Source: an uncultured Bacilli bacterium (GTDB lineage Bacteria; Bacillota_I; Bacilli_A; RF39; UBA660). From it: a stretch of DNA of 61,021 bases. Below the pieces are notes generated by a model. That model had not been told where the DNA came from. It worked only from the letters and a program-made list of their open reading frames with translations, and searched no databases. The position numbers were made by a program, and so were the translations under genes. Below are positions 1 to 11,500 of this stretch, piece after piece (positions within the stretch are counted from its first letter, which is position 1; each line of letters starts with the position of its first letter). The stretch is taken from NCBI GenBank assembly GCA_934101275.1, contig CAKOQM010000002.1, forward strand, positions 1 to 61,021, read 5' to 3'.

Positions 1-174
1 GGAAACAAGATTGCTGTAATTAAATTATTAAAAGAAATTACAGGATTAGGACTTGTTGAAGCTAAAGGTTTAGCTGACAATGGTGGAAATGTTAAAGAAA
101 ACGTTCCAACTGAAGAAGCTAACCAAATTAAAGCACAACTTGAAGAAGCTGGCGCTGAAGTAGAACTTGCTTAA
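1..174 (+). CDS. rplL: 50S ribosomal protein L7/L12, C-terminal part (gene begins left of the window)
   Basis: Frame 1 reads [57 protein letters not shown], then TAA at 172-174. This is the conserved L12 C-terminal domain. Confidence 0.9.
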   Translation, partial: GNKIAVIKLLKEITGLGLVEAKGLADNGGNVKENVPTEEANQIKAQLEEAGAEVELA

Positions 175-333
175 TTAAATTAAGAGGCTGAATGGAAATG
201 AATAATTTCTAGTTAGCTTCTTTTTTTTGAAAAATTAGTAGAAATAATAACTAAATTTGGGTAAATCACTCCTTTTTTATTTTTCTAAATAAGTTGTTTT
301 AAAGAAGAAAATACATTATAATATTTTCAAGGA

Positions 334-624
334 ATGAGGCATATTATGAAAATAAACGTCATTAATATATTAAAAATTGCGATAATAGTATTAGTTGTTT
401 TATGGATAGGACTACTTACTTTTGACTATTTTAAAGCTCAAAATAACCAAAAACCACTAATTTGTTTAAGTGAAAAAAATTTAGAATTATCTGATGGAAC
501 TTACTATGCATGCAATAGTTTTGGATATAAATATTATGAATATAAAGCTAAAAATGGCGAATCTGGTTATGGTTTTGGAGCTATTTTTGTTAAGAATGAT
601 TTAGAAAAGAAATTAGGTGTTTAG
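334..624 (+). CDS. small single-pass membrane protein, unknown function
   Basis: 96-aa ORF with an N-terminal hydrophobic helix (INILKIAIIVLVVLWIGLLTF) and a Gly/Tyr-rich soluble part. The next ORF starts 3 nt after its stop, which looks operon-like. Confidence 0.45.
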   Translation: MRHIMKINVINILKIAIIVLVVLWIGLLTFDYFKAQNNQKPLICLSEKNLELSDGTYYACNSFGYKYYEYKAKNGESGYGFGAIFVKNDLEKKLGV

Positions 625-626
625 AA

Positions 627-1034
627 ATGTATTTAAATAATAAAGGATGGGGCTTAAAAGAAATGATATTATTATCATGCGTTATTTTGGTAGCTGTTTT
701 TGTAGCGGCTATTATGATAAACAATCTTTATAAAGATTTAGATATGAATATAAATGGTAATAATACTTCAAATACATCTAATAGCAGTCAAAATAAAGAT
801 GAAAAATATGCAACAATAGAAAGAAATTTACTTAGTGCAGCTAGAAAATATGCTAGAGAAAATGAACTTGAAGATGAAGAAATTATTGATTCAGATACAT
901 TAATTGATGGAGGTTATCTTACTCTTTCAAAAATGACGAATGAAGATGATACTTGTGAAGGATATGTTACTAAGCAAAATTCATCTTATAAAGCCTATAT
1001 TAGTTGTGAATCATACGAAACGAAAGGCTATTAA
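627..1034 (+). CDS. small membrane-anchored protein with a prepilin-like N-terminus and a 2-Cys C-terminal domain
   Basis: N-terminus NNKG/WGLKE/MILLSCVILVAVFVAAI resembles a type IV prepilin signal: Gly, Glu at +5, then a hydrophobic helix. The C-terminus DDTCEGYV...YKAYISCESYETKGY is paralogous to the next ORF. Confidence 0.5.
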   Translation: MYLNNKGWGLKEMILLSCVILVAVFVAAIMINNLYKDLDMNINGNNTSNTSNSSQNKDEKYATIERNLLSAARKYARENELEDEEIIDSDTLIDGGYLTLSKMTNEDDTCEGYVTKQNSSYKAYISCESYETKGY

Positions 1035-1414
1035 TGACAAACATAAATTTACAAAGAATGCATAAAATAAGTATTATTTGGGGAATCATAATGATGCTTC
1101 TTGTTTTAGCTTTAACTCTTATTGCCATTTCATATAAAAAAGAAACCAAAGAATATAAAGCCTTTGAAACAAAATTAGAAGAAGCTACTAAAAATTATAT
1201 TGAAAAGGATGGCTTATACCCTGAAGAAGAAATGCATTTAACTCTCACAGAATTATTAAAACTGAATGTCATTGAAACTAACGTTGTTAAAGATAAGACT
1301 TGCCAAGGTTATGTAGATATTAAAAATGATGAACAATTTTTTGATTATGAAGCCTATATCAAATGTGGTAATTATGAAACGAAAAATTTAGATAAGAAAA
1401 AACTTGACGATTAA
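1034..1414 (+). CDS. small membrane-anchored protein, paralogue of 627-1034
   Basis: TM helix IIWGIIMMLLVLALTLIAI. The C-terminus DKTCQGYV...YEAYIKCGNYETKN repeats the C-x-GYV ... AYI-x-C-x-x-YETK pattern. Its start overlaps the previous stop. Confidence 0.5.
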   Translation: MTNINLQRMHKISIIWGIIMMLLVLALTLIAISYKKETKEYKAFETKLEEATKNYIEKDGLYPEEEMHLTLTELLKLNVIETNVVKDKTCQGYVDIKNDEQFFDYEAYIKCGNYETKNLDKKKLDD

Positions 1415-1451
1415 AAAGTTAAATGCTATCATATTTATGATTTTAAATTGT

Positions 1452-1476
1452 GGTTTTACTCCGGTAAAACCGTATT
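1452..1476 (+). terminator. hairpin, possible weak terminator upstream of rpsL
   Basis: GGTTTTAC (1452-1459), loop tccg, GTAAAACC (1464-1471), followed by gTATTT. The 8-bp stem is perfect but the U-tract is poor. Confidence 0.3.
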
Positions 1477-1527
1477 TAAAAATAAAATTGATACACCAGG
1501 ATGTGTGTAAATGGAAAGGAGAAAGTT

Positions 1528-1944
1528 ATGGCTACTATTAACCAACTCGTAAAAAAAGGTAGAGGTAAGAAAACAAGAAAAAGTAAAAGTCCAGTATTAA
1601 ATGTTGGATATAATACTCTTGAAAGAAAACAAACAAATACATCAAGTCCTCAAAAACGTGGTGTTTGTACTCGTGTAGGTACAAAAACTCCAAAGAAACC
1701 GAACTCAGCATTACGTAAATATGCTCGTGTAAGACTTTCAAACGGAAGAGAAGTTGATACTTATATTCCAGGTGAAGGACACAACTTACAAGAACATAGT
1801 GTTGTATTAGTACGTGGTGGACGTGTTAAAGACCTTATCGGTGTACGTTATCATGTAGTTCGTGGAACACTTGATACTCAAGGCGTTCAAAATCGTAAAC
1901 AAGGACGTAGTAAATATGGTACAAAAAGACCAAAAACAAAATAA
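1528..1944 (+). CDS. rpsL: 30S ribosomal protein S12
   Basis: [15 protein letters not shown]...[33 protein letters not shown]...[26 protein letters not shown] lies upstream of ATG 1528; the ORF-track start at 1501 is probably too early. Confidence 0.95.
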   Translation: MATINQLVKKGRGKKTRKSKSPVLNVGYNTLERKQTNTSSPQKRGVCTRVGTKTPKKPNSALRKYARVRLSNGREVDTYIPGEGHNLQEHSVVLVRGGRVKDLIGVRYHVVRGTLDTQGVQNRKQGRSKYGTKRPKTK

Positions 1945-1962
1945 TAGAAGGAGGAAATAAAA

Positions 1963-2430
1963 ATGCGTAAAAGAAGAGCAGAAAAAAGAGACGTTTTACC
2001 AGATTCAATTTATAATTCTAAAGTTGTTACAAAATTAATCAACCAAATTATGCAAGATGGTAAAAAAGGTACAGCTCAAAATATTCTTTACGAAGCCTTT
2101 GATATTATTGAAGAAAAAACAGGACGTCCTGCAATCGAAGTATATCAAAGCGCTTTAGAAAACATTACTCCAGCATTAGAGGTTAAATCTCGCCGTGTTG
2201 GTGGAAGTAATTACCAAGTTCCAATTGAAGTTAGTGACGAAAGAGGACAAGCTTTAGCATTAAGATGGCTTGTTAATTACGCTAAAAATAGAAGCGGTAA
2301 AGGTATGGCTTATAAATTAGCTATGGAAATTATCGATGCTTCTAATGGCACTGGTGGTGCTGTTAAAAAACGTGAGGATACTCACAAAATGGCCGAAGCA
2401 AATAAAGCATTTGCTCATTATAGATGGTAG
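1963..2430 (+). CDS. rpsG: 30S ribosomal protein S7
   Basis: 155 aa. Carries the ...[18 protein letters not shown]...NKAFAHYRW signature, has RBS GAAGGAGG, and sits in the canonical position after rpsL. Confidence 0.97.
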   Translation: MRKRRAEKRDVLPDSIYNSKVVTKLINQIMQDGKKGTAQNILYEAFDIIEEKTGRPAIEVYQSALENITPALEVKSRRVGGSNYQVPIEVSDERGQALALRWLVNYAKNRSGKGMAYKLAMEIIDASNGTGGAVKKREDTHKMAEANKAFAHYRW

Positions 2431-2441
2431 GAGAGTGAACT

Positions 2442-4517
2442 ATGGCAAGAGATGTCTCAATTGACAAAGTAAGAAACCTTGGTATTATGGCTCACATTGA
2501 TGCCGGAAAAACAACATGTACAGAAAGAATCTTATTCCATACCGGTGTAACTCATAAAATTGGTGAAACACATGATGGTGAATCACAAATGGACTGGATG
2601 GATCAAGAAAAAGAAAGAGGTATCACAATTACTTCTGCTGCTACAACAGCTCATTGGAAAGGATACCGTTTCAATATCATCGATACTCCGGGCCACGTAG
2701 ACTTCACTGTTGAAGTTTCTCGTAGTTTACGTGTATTAGATGGTGCTGTATGTTTAATTGATGCCCAAGCTGGTGTCGAACCACAATCAGAAACTGTTTG
2801 GCGTCAAGCTAATGAATTTAAAGTTCCTCGTATGATTTTTGCTAATAAAATGGACAAAATGGGTGCCGACTTTGAATATTCATTAGGAACTATTAAAGAT
2901 CGTTTAGGCGTTGATACCAAACCAATCGAATGGCCTATCGGTGCTGAAAGTGACTTCAATGGAATCATTGATTTAGTTACAATGAAAGCATATCAATATG
3001 ATGGAAAACAAGATGAAAGTCCTGTTGAAATCGAAATTCCTGAAAACTTAAAAGACTTGGCAATGCAAAAACACAATGAGTTAATTGAAACTGTTGTTGA
3101 ATTTGACGATGCTATGATGGAAAAATATTTAAATGGTGAAGAACTTACTCTAGAAGAAATCAAACATTGTATCCGTATTGGTACACTTGAAAATAAATTC
3201 TTCCCAGTATTATGTGGTACAGCTTTAGGAAATATTGGTGTTAAATTATTGCTTGATGCTGTTATTGACTATTTACCTGCACCTACAGATATTGAAGCTA
3301 TTGATTGTACAGATTTAAAAACTGGCGAAGACGTTAAACGTCATCCTAGTGATTCTGAACCATTCACAGCTTTAGCATTTAAAATTATGACAGACCCATT
3401 CGTTGGACGTCTTGCATTCTTCCGTGTATATTCTGGAAAATTGACAAGTGGTTCTTATGTACTTAATAGTACAAAAGACGTTAAAGAAAGAATTGGACGT
3501 ATTTTACAAATGCATGCCAATACTCGTAAAGAAATTACAGAAGTTTACTGTGGTGAAATTGCTGCTGCTGTAGGTCTTAAAAATACAACAACAGCTGACA
3601 CATTATGTGATGAAAAAAATGCCGTTATCATGAAAGGTATGGAATTCCCATTACCAGTTATTGATGAAGCTATTGAACCAAAATCAAAAGCTGATCAAGA
3701 AAAAATGGCAATAGCTTTACAAAAATTAGCTGAAGAAGATCCAACATTTAAATATAAAACAGATGCAGAAACTGGTCAAACAATCATTAGCGGTATGGGT
3801 GAATTACACTTAGATATCCTAGTTGATCGTATGAGACGTGAATTTAACGTCGAAGCTAATATTGGTCGTCCTCAAGTTGCTTACCGTGAAACATTAACAC
3901 AAACTGCTGAATGTGAAGGTAAATATATTAAACAATCAGGTGGACGTGGACAATATGGTCATGTTTGGGTACGTTTTGAACCTAACAAAGACAAAGGTTA
4001 TGAATTTGTTGACGCTATCGTTGGTGGTGTTGTTCCTCGTGAATATATTCCAGTAACAGATAAAGGATTACAAGAAGCAATGGCTGGCGGTATTTTAGCT
4101 GGATATCCTATGGTTGATGTTAAAGCAACTTTATTTGATGGTTCTTACCATGATGTCGACTCATCAGAAATGGCTTTCAAAATTGCTGCTAGTATGGCTT
4201 TAAAAGAAGCTAAAAATAAATGTAAACCTGTCTTACTTGAACCTATTATGAAAGTAAGCGTTACTGTACCAGATGAATACATGGGTAATGTAATGGGTGA
4301 CTTAACAAGCCGTCGTGGTCGTCCTCTAGGACAAGAATCACGTGGTAATGCACTACAAATCACAGCAATGGTTCCTCTTGCAGAAATGTTTGGTTATGCC
4401 ACTACTTTACGTAGTAATACACAAGGTCGTGGAAACTTCGTTATGGAACTTGATCATTATGAAGAAGTACCAAAATCTATTTCTGAAGAAATCATTAAGA
4501 AAAATAGTGCTAACTAA
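2442..4517 (+). CDS. fusA: translation elongation factor G
   Basis: 691 aa. G1 motif [21 protein letters not shown], and position in the str operon. Confidence 0.97.
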   Translation: MARDVSIDKVRNLGIMAHIDAGKTTCTERILFHTGVTHKIGETHDGESQMDWMDQEKERGITITSAATTAHWKGYRFNIIDTPGHVDFTVEVSRSLRVLDGAVCLIDAQAGVEPQSETVWRQANEFKVPRMIFANKMDKMGADFEYSLGTIKDRLGVDTKPIEWPIGAESDFNGIIDLVTMKAYQYDGKQDESPVEIEIPENLKDLAMQKHNELIETVVEFDDAMMEKYLNGEELTLEEIKHCIRIGTLENKFFPVLCGTALGNIGVKLLLDAVIDYLPAPTDIEAIDCTDLKTGEDVKRHPSDSEPFTALAFKIMTDPFVGRLAFFRVYSGKLTSGSYVLNSTKDVKERIGRILQMHANTRKEITEVYCGEIAAAVGLKNTTTADTLCDEKNAVIMKGMEFPLPVIDEAIEPKSKADQEKMAIALQKLAEEDPTFKYKTDAETGQTIISGMGELHLDILVDRMRREFNVEANIGRPQVAYRETLTQTAECEGKYIKQSGGRGQYGHVWVRFEPNKDKGYEFVDAIVGGVVPREYIPVTDKGLQEAMAGGILAGYPMVDVKATLFDGSYHDVDSSEMAFKIAASMALKEAKNKCKPVLLEPIMKVSVTVPDEYMGNVMGDLTSRRGRPLGQESRGNALQITAMVPLAEMFGYATTLRSNTQGRGNFVMELDHYEEVPKSISEEIIKKNSAN

Positions 4518-4584
4518 AAATAATACTTGAATTTAATTCAAGCATTAGATAAAATAGAAGAGATGAAAGGAAGAAAAAAATATT

Positions 4585-5751
4585 ATGGCAAAAGAAAAAT
4601 TTGATCGTTCAAAAGTGCATGTTAATATTGGTACAATTGGTCACGTTGACCATGGTAAAACAACATTAACTGCTGCTATTACTAAATTATTTGGTAACTT
4701 TGTTGCATATGAAGATATCGACAAAGCTCCAGAAGAAAGAGAAAGAGGTATTACAATTAATACTTCTCACGTTGAGTATCAAACTGAAAAACGTCATTAT
4801 GCTCACGTAGACTGCCCAGGCCATGCTGACTATGTTAAAAACATGATTACTGGTGCTGCTCAAATGGATGGTGCTATCCTTGTAGTTTCTGCTGCAGATG
4901 GTCCTATGCCTCAAACAAGAGAACATATCTTATTATCTCGTCAAGTTGGCGTTCCTAAGATTGTTGTTTACATGAACAAATGTGATCAAGTAGATGATCC
5001 AGAATTATTAGACTTAGTAGAAATGGAAATTCGTGAGTTATTAGGCGAATATGGATATGACAGTGAATGTCCAGTAATCCGTGGTTCTGCATTAAAAGCT
5101 CTTGAAGGAGATCCTGAAGCTGAACAATCTATTCGTGATTTAATGGCTGCAGTTGATGAATATATTCCAGATCCAGTTCGTGATACAGATAAACCATTCT
5201 TAATGAGTATTGAAGATGTCTTCACTATTTCAGGACGTGGTACTGTTGTTACAGGACGTGTTGAACGTGGACAATTAAATCTAAATGATGAAGTTGAAAT
5301 CGTTGGATTAAAGGATACTAAGAAAACTGTTGTTACAGGTATTGAAATGTTTAGAAAATCACTTGACTTTGCTCAAGCTGGTGACAATGCTGGTGTATTA
5401 TTACGTGGTATTGCTCGTGAAGATGTTGAACGTGGACAAGTTCTTGCTAAACCAGGAAGTGTTACACCTCATCATAAATTCAAAGCTAGCGTTTACGTAT
5501 TAACTAAAGAAGAAGGCGGACGTCATACTCCATTCTTCTCAAATTACAGACCACAATTCTATTTCCGTACTACTGACGTAACTGGTGTTATCGAGTTACC
5601 AGAAGGTGTTGAAATGGTTATGCCTGGTGATAACGTAGATATGACTGTTGAATTAATTGCTCCAGTAGCATTAGAAAAAGGTACTAAATTCTCTATCCGT
5701 GAAGGTGGACGTACTGTTGGTGCCGGAGTTGTATCTGAAATCGTTGAATAA
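4585..5751 (+). CDS. tuf: translation elongation factor Tu
   Basis: 388 aa. [22 protein letters not shown], ...[10 protein letters not shown] at the C-terminus. Confidence 0.97.
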   Translation: MAKEKFDRSKVHVNIGTIGHVDHGKTTLTAAITKLFGNFVAYEDIDKAPEERERGITINTSHVEYQTEKRHYAHVDCPGHADYVKNMITGAAQMDGAILVVSAADGPMPQTREHILLSRQVGVPKIVVYMNKCDQVDDPELLDLVEMEIRELLGEYGYDSECPVIRGSALKALEGDPEAEQSIRDLMAAVDEYIPDPVRDTDKPFLMSIEDVFTISGRGTVVTGRVERGQLNLNDEVEIVGLKDTKKTVVTGIEMFRKSLDFAQAGDNAGVLLRGIAREDVERGQVLAKPGSVTPHHKFKASVYVLTKEEGGRHTPFFSNYRPQFYFRTTDVTGVIELPEGVEMVMPGDNVDMTVELIAPVALEKGTKFSIREGGRTVGAGVVSEIVE

Positions 5752-5764
5752 TACGACTTTAAAA

Positions 5765-5792
5765 AGTGCTGATGAATATCAGTGCTTTTTTT
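5765..5792 (+). terminator. rho-independent terminator of the str operon
   Basis: AGTGCTGAT (5765-5773), loop gaat, ATCAGTGCT (5778-5786). This is a 9-bp stem including 2 G-U pairs, followed by T6. Confidence 0.7.
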
Positions 5793-5861
5793 GTGATTTT
5801 AAAACTCTTTACAATTTAGACATTTGTGATATAATAAATTTCAACTAAAAGGGGTGATACC

Positions 5862-7133
5862 ATGAGCATAAGAGAATTAACTATCGATGAATTCAATGCT
5901 TTTGTTAGAAACAGTCCATTAGGAACACATTATCAAACTTTTAACTACGCTCTTTTGATGGGAGAAAACGGATATGAATACGAACTTATTGGGATGTATA
6001 ATGAATATAATCAATTAAAAGCCGCAAGTTTAATTCTTTTCAAAAATTTAAAAATGAATTACAAATATGGTTATGCACCTAAAGGTTTTATCTTAGATTA
6101 TTTTAACCAAGAAGTTGTAAATGAATTTGCTACACTTTTGAAAAGTTATTATAAAAAGAAAAAAGTAATTTTCATTAAAATTAATCCAGAGGTTGCCATT
6201 AGTGAAATTGACAAAGAAAATGGTTTGAAAACATATAATTGGAATTATGATATTTTACAAATTATGGAAGATGCTGGTTTTAAAAAATTAAAAGATAATC
6301 TATATTTTGAATCTATTTTGCCTCGTTTTAGTGCTGTTGTATCATTGAAAAATTATTGCATGGATAATGTTTCAAAAAATACTCGTAATAAAATAAGACG
6401 AGCACATCATAAAGGCCTTCATATTGAATTAGCAGAAAAATCAGGAATTGATATTTTACAAAAATTCATTAAAAATAAACGAACTATTAATGAATATTAT
6501 TATAAAGATTATTATAATGTATTTAAAAAAGATGATATGATTGATTTATTTTTAGTTAGTATTGATTCAGAAGAATTTTTAATGAATTCTAGATCTTTAT
6601 ATGAAAAAGAATTAGAAATAAATAATCGTTTAGTAAATTTACTAAATAGGGAAAATAATCAACGTAATTTAAATAAGAAAATGGATTCAGATCGAAAAAT
6701 ATTAAACTATAAGCAAGATGTGAAATTAGCAACCGAATTAAATACAAAGAAAGATAAGATATATATTGCTGGTGCTTTAGTTATTAAATATCAAAATCGT
6801 ATTCAAATTTTAATAAGTGGTTATGATAAAAAATATAAATCTTTTGATGCTAATTATTTTTTACATGATGAAATATTAAAGTATTACAAAAAAAATTATG
6901 ATTATGCTGAATTAAATGGCTTAACAGGAGATTTTTCTAAAGAAAATCCTTATTTAGGACTTAATGAATTTAAAATTGGTTTTAATCCCCGAATTTATGA
7001 ATATATTGGCGAATTTGATTTACCTCTTAATGAGAAAAAATATATGAAAATGCGTTCTAATGGAGAATTAGCTAAAATATTTAATAAACCAAATCAAAAA
7101 ATAAAAAAAGCAAAGGATGAAACTCATGATTAA
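5862..7133 (+). CDS. FemAB-family peptidoglycan interpeptide-bridge aminoacyltransferase
   Basis: 423 aa. Two acyltransferase-like halves (YGYAPKGF..., NTRNKIRRAHHKGL, ISGYDKKY...ANYFLHDEILKYYKKNYDYAELNGLTGDF...GLNEFKIGFNP) are split by a Lys/Asn-rich coiled-coil insert, as in FemA/FemX/MurM. Confidence 0.8.
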   Translation: MSIRELTIDEFNAFVRNSPLGTHYQTFNYALLMGENGYEYELIGMYNEYNQLKAASLILFKNLKMNYKYGYAPKGFILDYFNQEVVNEFATLLKSYYKKKKVIFIKINPEVAISEIDKENGLKTYNWNYDILQIMEDAGFKKLKDNLYFESILPRFSAVVSLKNYCMDNVSKNTRNKIRRAHHKGLHIELAEKSGIDILQKFIKNKRTINEYYYKDYYNVFKKDDMIDLFLVSIDSEEFLMNSRSLYEKELEINNRLVNLLNRENNQRNLNKKMDSDRKILNYKQDVKLATELNTKKDKIYIAGALVIKYQNRIQILISGYDKKYKSFDANYFLHDEILKYYKKNYDYAELNGLTGDFSKENPYLGLNEFKIGFNPRIYEYIGEFDLPLNEKKYMKMRSNGELAKIFNKPNQKIKKAKDETHD

Positions 7134-7806
7134 ACAAAAACAAAGTGGACAACTTATTATTATTTCAGGTACCACCTGTGCCGGTAAAGGAACGGTTGTA
7201 AAAGAACTTTTAAAGAGAAACGAAAATTTATCTTTATCTATTTCCTATACTTCTCGTCCTAAAAGAGAAGGCGAAATCGATGGTAAAGATTATTATTTTG
7301 TTAGTTCGGAAGAATTTGAACAAAAAATTGCTAATAATGACTTTTTAGAATATGCCAAAGTTCAATATGGTAAATATTATGGTACTCCAAAATCTGAAGT
7401 AAAAGAATTACTTGCCAAAGGTAAAGATGTTATTTTAGAAATTGACGTTCAAGGTGCTAAACAGATTAAAGAAATGTTTCCTGAAACGATTTTAATTTTC
7501 ATTATGGCGCCAAGTATGAGTGAGGTAAAAAGAAGAATTAAAGAACGTGGTAAAGAAAGTAATGAACAAATTATTGAACGTTTTAAAGTTGCTTATAATG
7601 AATTAAATGAAATTAATAAATATAATTATGTGGTTGTCAATGATGAAGTAGAAAACGCTGTTAGAAAAATTGAAGCCATTTTACTTAGTGAAAAATGTCG
7701 TGTTGACCGTATTGAAGAAATGGCTGTTGAAAATCAAGAAGAAATCATTCATGAATTTTTAATAGATAAAGAATTCAATAATACTCCTTTTCATATTGAT
7801 GAATAA
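7117..7806 (+). CDS. gmk: guanylate kinase
   Basis: P-loop SGTTCAGKGTV, SYTSRPKREGEIDGKDYYFVS, YGKYYGTP. The start is ambiguous (ATG at 7117 or 7126) and overlaps the previous gene. Confidence 0.9.
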   Translation: MKLMIKQKQSGQLIIISGTTCAGKGTVVKELLKRNENLSLSISYTSRPKREGEIDGKDYYFVSSEEFEQKIANNDFLEYAKVQYGKYYGTPKSEVKELLAKGKDVILEIDVQGAKQIKEMFPETILIFIMAPSMSEVKRRIKERGKESNEQIIERFKVAYNELNEINKYNYVVVNDEVENAVRKIEAILLSEKCRVDRIEEMAVENQEEIIHEFLIDKEFNNTPFHIDE

Positions 7807-7857
7807 AAATGCAAAAAAAGTTGTGATATGCTATAATAAGCTCAAGAAGGTGTTAAA

Positions 7858-8505
7858 ATGTATAATGATTTAGATGAAAAAAAAGAAAACAAACCAAAAT
7901 TTCAATTTTTAAGAAATATTTTTCGTAAAAGAACAAAGCGGTTAATGACAGATATTGATCGTTTGTTTAGCAAAATTATGTGGATGGATATTGCTTTATC
8001 TATTTGCTTAACGCTTGTAGGCCTTATCTTCTTGGTTTATCCTGATGTCAGTGTGACGGTTATAGGAATTATTTTCGGTTTATTAATTATTGTTTTAGGT
8101 AGTGTTTTAATCTATACTTACTTAAAACGTAGAGAAATTCCTTTATTTAGATTTAATTTGCTTTATGGTGTGTTAGGGATTGTTCTAGGATTTTTAACGC
8201 TTATTAATCCTTTTACATTTACTCAAATCATTACTATTTTTATTGGGATCTGTGTGTTATATATGGCTGTTATTAAGATTGATTTTGCTATACGTTTAAA
8301 ATTAATTGAAGAGAAAAGCTGGTTATTTTTAGTCCTAAGTGCTTTACTTGAGATCTTTATGGGTATATTAATACTTATTAATCCATTTAGTAATCTCGTT
8401 ATTACAGAACTTGCCGGAGCCTATTTTGTTTTATGTGGTATTTTAAATTGTACCGATGCTGTTTTAACTAAGAATCGTGCCATTGATTTCTTAGAAAACT
8501 TATAA
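7858..8505 (+). CDS. multi-pass membrane protein, DUF308/HdeD-like
   Basis: 215 aa with about 6 hydrophobic helices in repeated pairs and a basic N-terminal tail. The family call is tentative. Confidence 0.45.
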   Translation: MYNDLDEKKENKPKFQFLRNIFRKRTKRLMTDIDRLFSKIMWMDIALSICLTLVGLIFLVYPDVSVTVIGIIFGLLIIVLGSVLIYTYLKRREIPLFRFNLLYGVLGIVLGFLTLINPFTFTQIITIFIGICVLYMAVIKIDFAIRLKLIEEKSWLFLVLSALLEIFMGILILINPFSNLVITELAGAYFVLCGILNCTDAVLTKNRAIDFLENL

Positions 8506-8534
8506 AAAAAGTCCATTTGATTTGGACTTTTTTT
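8506..8534. terminator. bidirectional terminator between convergent genes
   Basis: AAAAA-GTCCA (8511-8515), loop tttgatt, TGGAC (8523-8527), then TTTTTTT. An A-run precedes and a T-run follows, so it could work on both strands. Confidence 0.55.
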
Positions 8535-11500
8535 ACATCTCGACAAGTTCTTTTCCTAGAATATTGTATAAATAAAGGTGAATAGGTTTATTTGTTTTGG
8601 AACTAATGTAGTTTTTATAACCATTTATTTGTTCAAGATAATGGGCATCTGTAATGTCATTTAGTTTATAATCCACAATATCAATGTAATCTTCATGTTC
8701 AATCATTAAGTCAATGATACCATGTTTTTCCTCGTTGTTTATTTCATAAATAAATTCGTACTCTTGGAAAAATAATGCTGTATCGGCATCTTTAAAAATA
8801 GGTTCTTGATATAAATGAATAGCTAGCTCACGAATAAAGGAATTGTCAATAAGCTCCGGTTGGAAATTTTTAAAATCAATACATTCAAACGTTTCATGAA
8901 CTTTAAGCCCAAGTTCTACATTTCTTTCTTCTTCTTTTGAAAGAAGTTCATTAATTTTTTTTGAAAATGAGTTTTGAACAATTTCTTCTTTATGAAAATG
9001 AAAAGGAATAAGGCTAATTTTCTCCGCATTTTTCTGAATTTCTTTCTTGTTTTCCTTAATTAATAAATAATCTTTAGATAAATTTAAATGACTTATATCT
9101 ATCTCTTTTTTGTAAAAATTAAGCGTTTTAGGAATAGAGTTTAACATGCTGGCAAAAGAGTCATATTTCTTACGGATGCTTTCATAAACGATGCCATCTT
9201 CTTTTAATTCTTCCGTTTCTTCACATTTAGGCAACAATAAAATCATTTTTTCTTTAGCCCTTGTTAAAGCAACATAAAAAAGCCTAATCTTTTCTGATAC
9301 ATCTTCACTTACCATTTTATTTTGAATGAGAAGCTTTAAAATGTTTTCTTTAATACCGTCTGTTCTGTCTGGAATAAAGATAGGTAAAGATGTATCATAA
9401 ATAATATTTCCTTTTAAATCCTCTTTACTAAAGGTCTTATATAAACCACAGAAATAACAAATAGGAAATTCAAGACCCTTTGATTTATGAATATTCATAA
9501 TTTTAACGGCATTTGAACTATTTGTTCCTGTATTAAATTTAATAAGTTCGTCCGATTCTAAAAGATCAGTTAAATAATCTTTAAAATCGTAAATATCATA
9601 GGAAAGTAAACTTAAGTTTTCAGAAATATTTAAAATGGTATGAAATCTAATTTCACTTTCTAAAACATTTCCTTTAATTCTTGTTTTACTATAAAAATCA
9701 AGAGAATTTAAAATTTGTTCCGTTAATTCTTTTAAAGAAAGATGATTTATATTTTGACTTAAGGGATACAATTTTTTCCATAGTAACGAATCATAAAAAG
9801 GTTTACCATTAAAATAATCAAAGATATCATTATCATTGGTTTCAAATAAATAACTTCTTAAGATACTTGTAAATGCATACTTAAAATCTCCTTGATAATT
9901 TTTATCTTTCATCGCGATTAAAAGGGTTAAAATATTTTTAAATAGATAAATATCGATATCTTCGTTTAATACTTCATCTTTATAAAGACAAAGGGGGATA
10001 CTAAAATATTCAAATATCTTTTTAGCTAAATTAAAAGACGAATTGCGGTCTAAAATTAAACAAAAATCATCAAACTGAGCCTCATGAAGCTCTTTTTTAT
10101 CTTTATCAAAAATTAAATACTTTTGCTTTATTTTGTCTTTTATATCTTGGGCAATCGCGAAAAATTCGAGTTCTTCTTTACTAAAATTTTTATCTTTTAA
10201 ATCATACTCTAGAATATTCATGTGATACTTTTGACTTGTTAATCCTTCTTCAATATATGAAGTGTTACCAAACACCATTTGATGAGAAACCGTATACTCG
10301 GCATTACCAATATCATTTGTCATGATAGGATTAAAAATCGTATTAATGTCATCTAATACTTCACTTCTAGAACGAAAGTTTTTTAATAAATCAATTTTAA
10401 TCCCATCTTTTTCTTCACTATATTTGTCATATTTGTTTTTGAAAATATACGGATTGGCATTTCTAAACCGGTAAATACTTTGTTTTATGTCACCTACCAT
10501 ATACACATTATGGTTGCTAATTAGGTTGATAAATTCTTCTTGAATGTCTGAGGTGTCTTGATATTCATCCACCATGATTTCTTTAAAAAAATATTTAAGT
10601 TCTTCTCTTATATTTTGATTATCTTTTAATATCTTTAAAGACATTTGGGCTATATCGTTAAAATCGTAACAATAAAAGGTATTTTTGTATTCTTCAAGTA
10701 GTTTAAAGAATTTTTCTAAAATCTCAAAGATAATTTCTAAATAGACTTTGGGTTTTTTGATATCATTAATTATTTCTTCTTCATATCCATAAGTACATAA
10801 TTTTTTTAAATCGTTTAAAATATCACTTATTTTCTTACGTGCTATTTTTGTTTCTTCTTCGCTATTACGCGGAGAACTGGGGATTTTAACATTATTTATC
10901 CTGGCCAACAATTCATCAAGGCTACTTTCTTCTTTTAAAATAGCTATGCTATCTAAAATTTTCTTTTCATAATCTTGTTCAAAATAATTACTTTGTAATT
11001 CAACTTCTAAAAATAAAGCTTCGATATTTTCTTTTAAAATATTTTTATAAAGTTCAATATACCCTTTTAGAGAATCTTCTTGATAATATTTTTCAAAATA
11101 AGACACCATATATTCATTTTTATCCGTACGAATTTCTAATTTATTGGCCAAAGAAAGAATGCTTTTTTTAAGATTTTTATCATCTTTAAAACAAAAATCT
11201 TTGATAAGTTTTATAAATTTAGGATTGTTATTTTCTTCATAATAAGCATCAAATATCTCATCTAAAATTTTCTTTTTTTGTAAGTTTAAAATAGAGCTAT
11301 CGGTTATCGTTAAATTTTTAGGTATGTTTAAAATATAATGATATTTTTTAACAATCGATAAAGCAAAACTATCAAATGTTGTGATATAAGAGGATTCTAG
11401 TAAATCAAGTTCTTCAGGCATATTAAGTTCTTTAATTTTCTTTTTAATTCTTTCTTTCATTTCTCCAGCAGCAGCGTTGGTAAAAGTTAAAATGAGCAGT

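Noticed and set aside
175-240. Rho-independent terminator directly after rplL
   Set aside because: A T8 run is present (about 220-228), but I could not build a convincing GC-containing stem upstream of it.
1538-1741. 67-aa minus-strand ORF inside rpsL
   Set aside because: It is antisense to a highly conserved ribosomal protein gene, has a low-complexity Phe/Leu/Tyr-rich translation typical of AT-rich antisense frames, and has no RBS.
4145-5225. ORF-track entries 4145-4363(-), 4342-4530(+), 4687-4926(-) and 4986-5225(-) overlapping fusA and tuf
   Set aside because: All lie within or antisense to fusA or tuf, whose frames are unambiguous. They have no independent signals.
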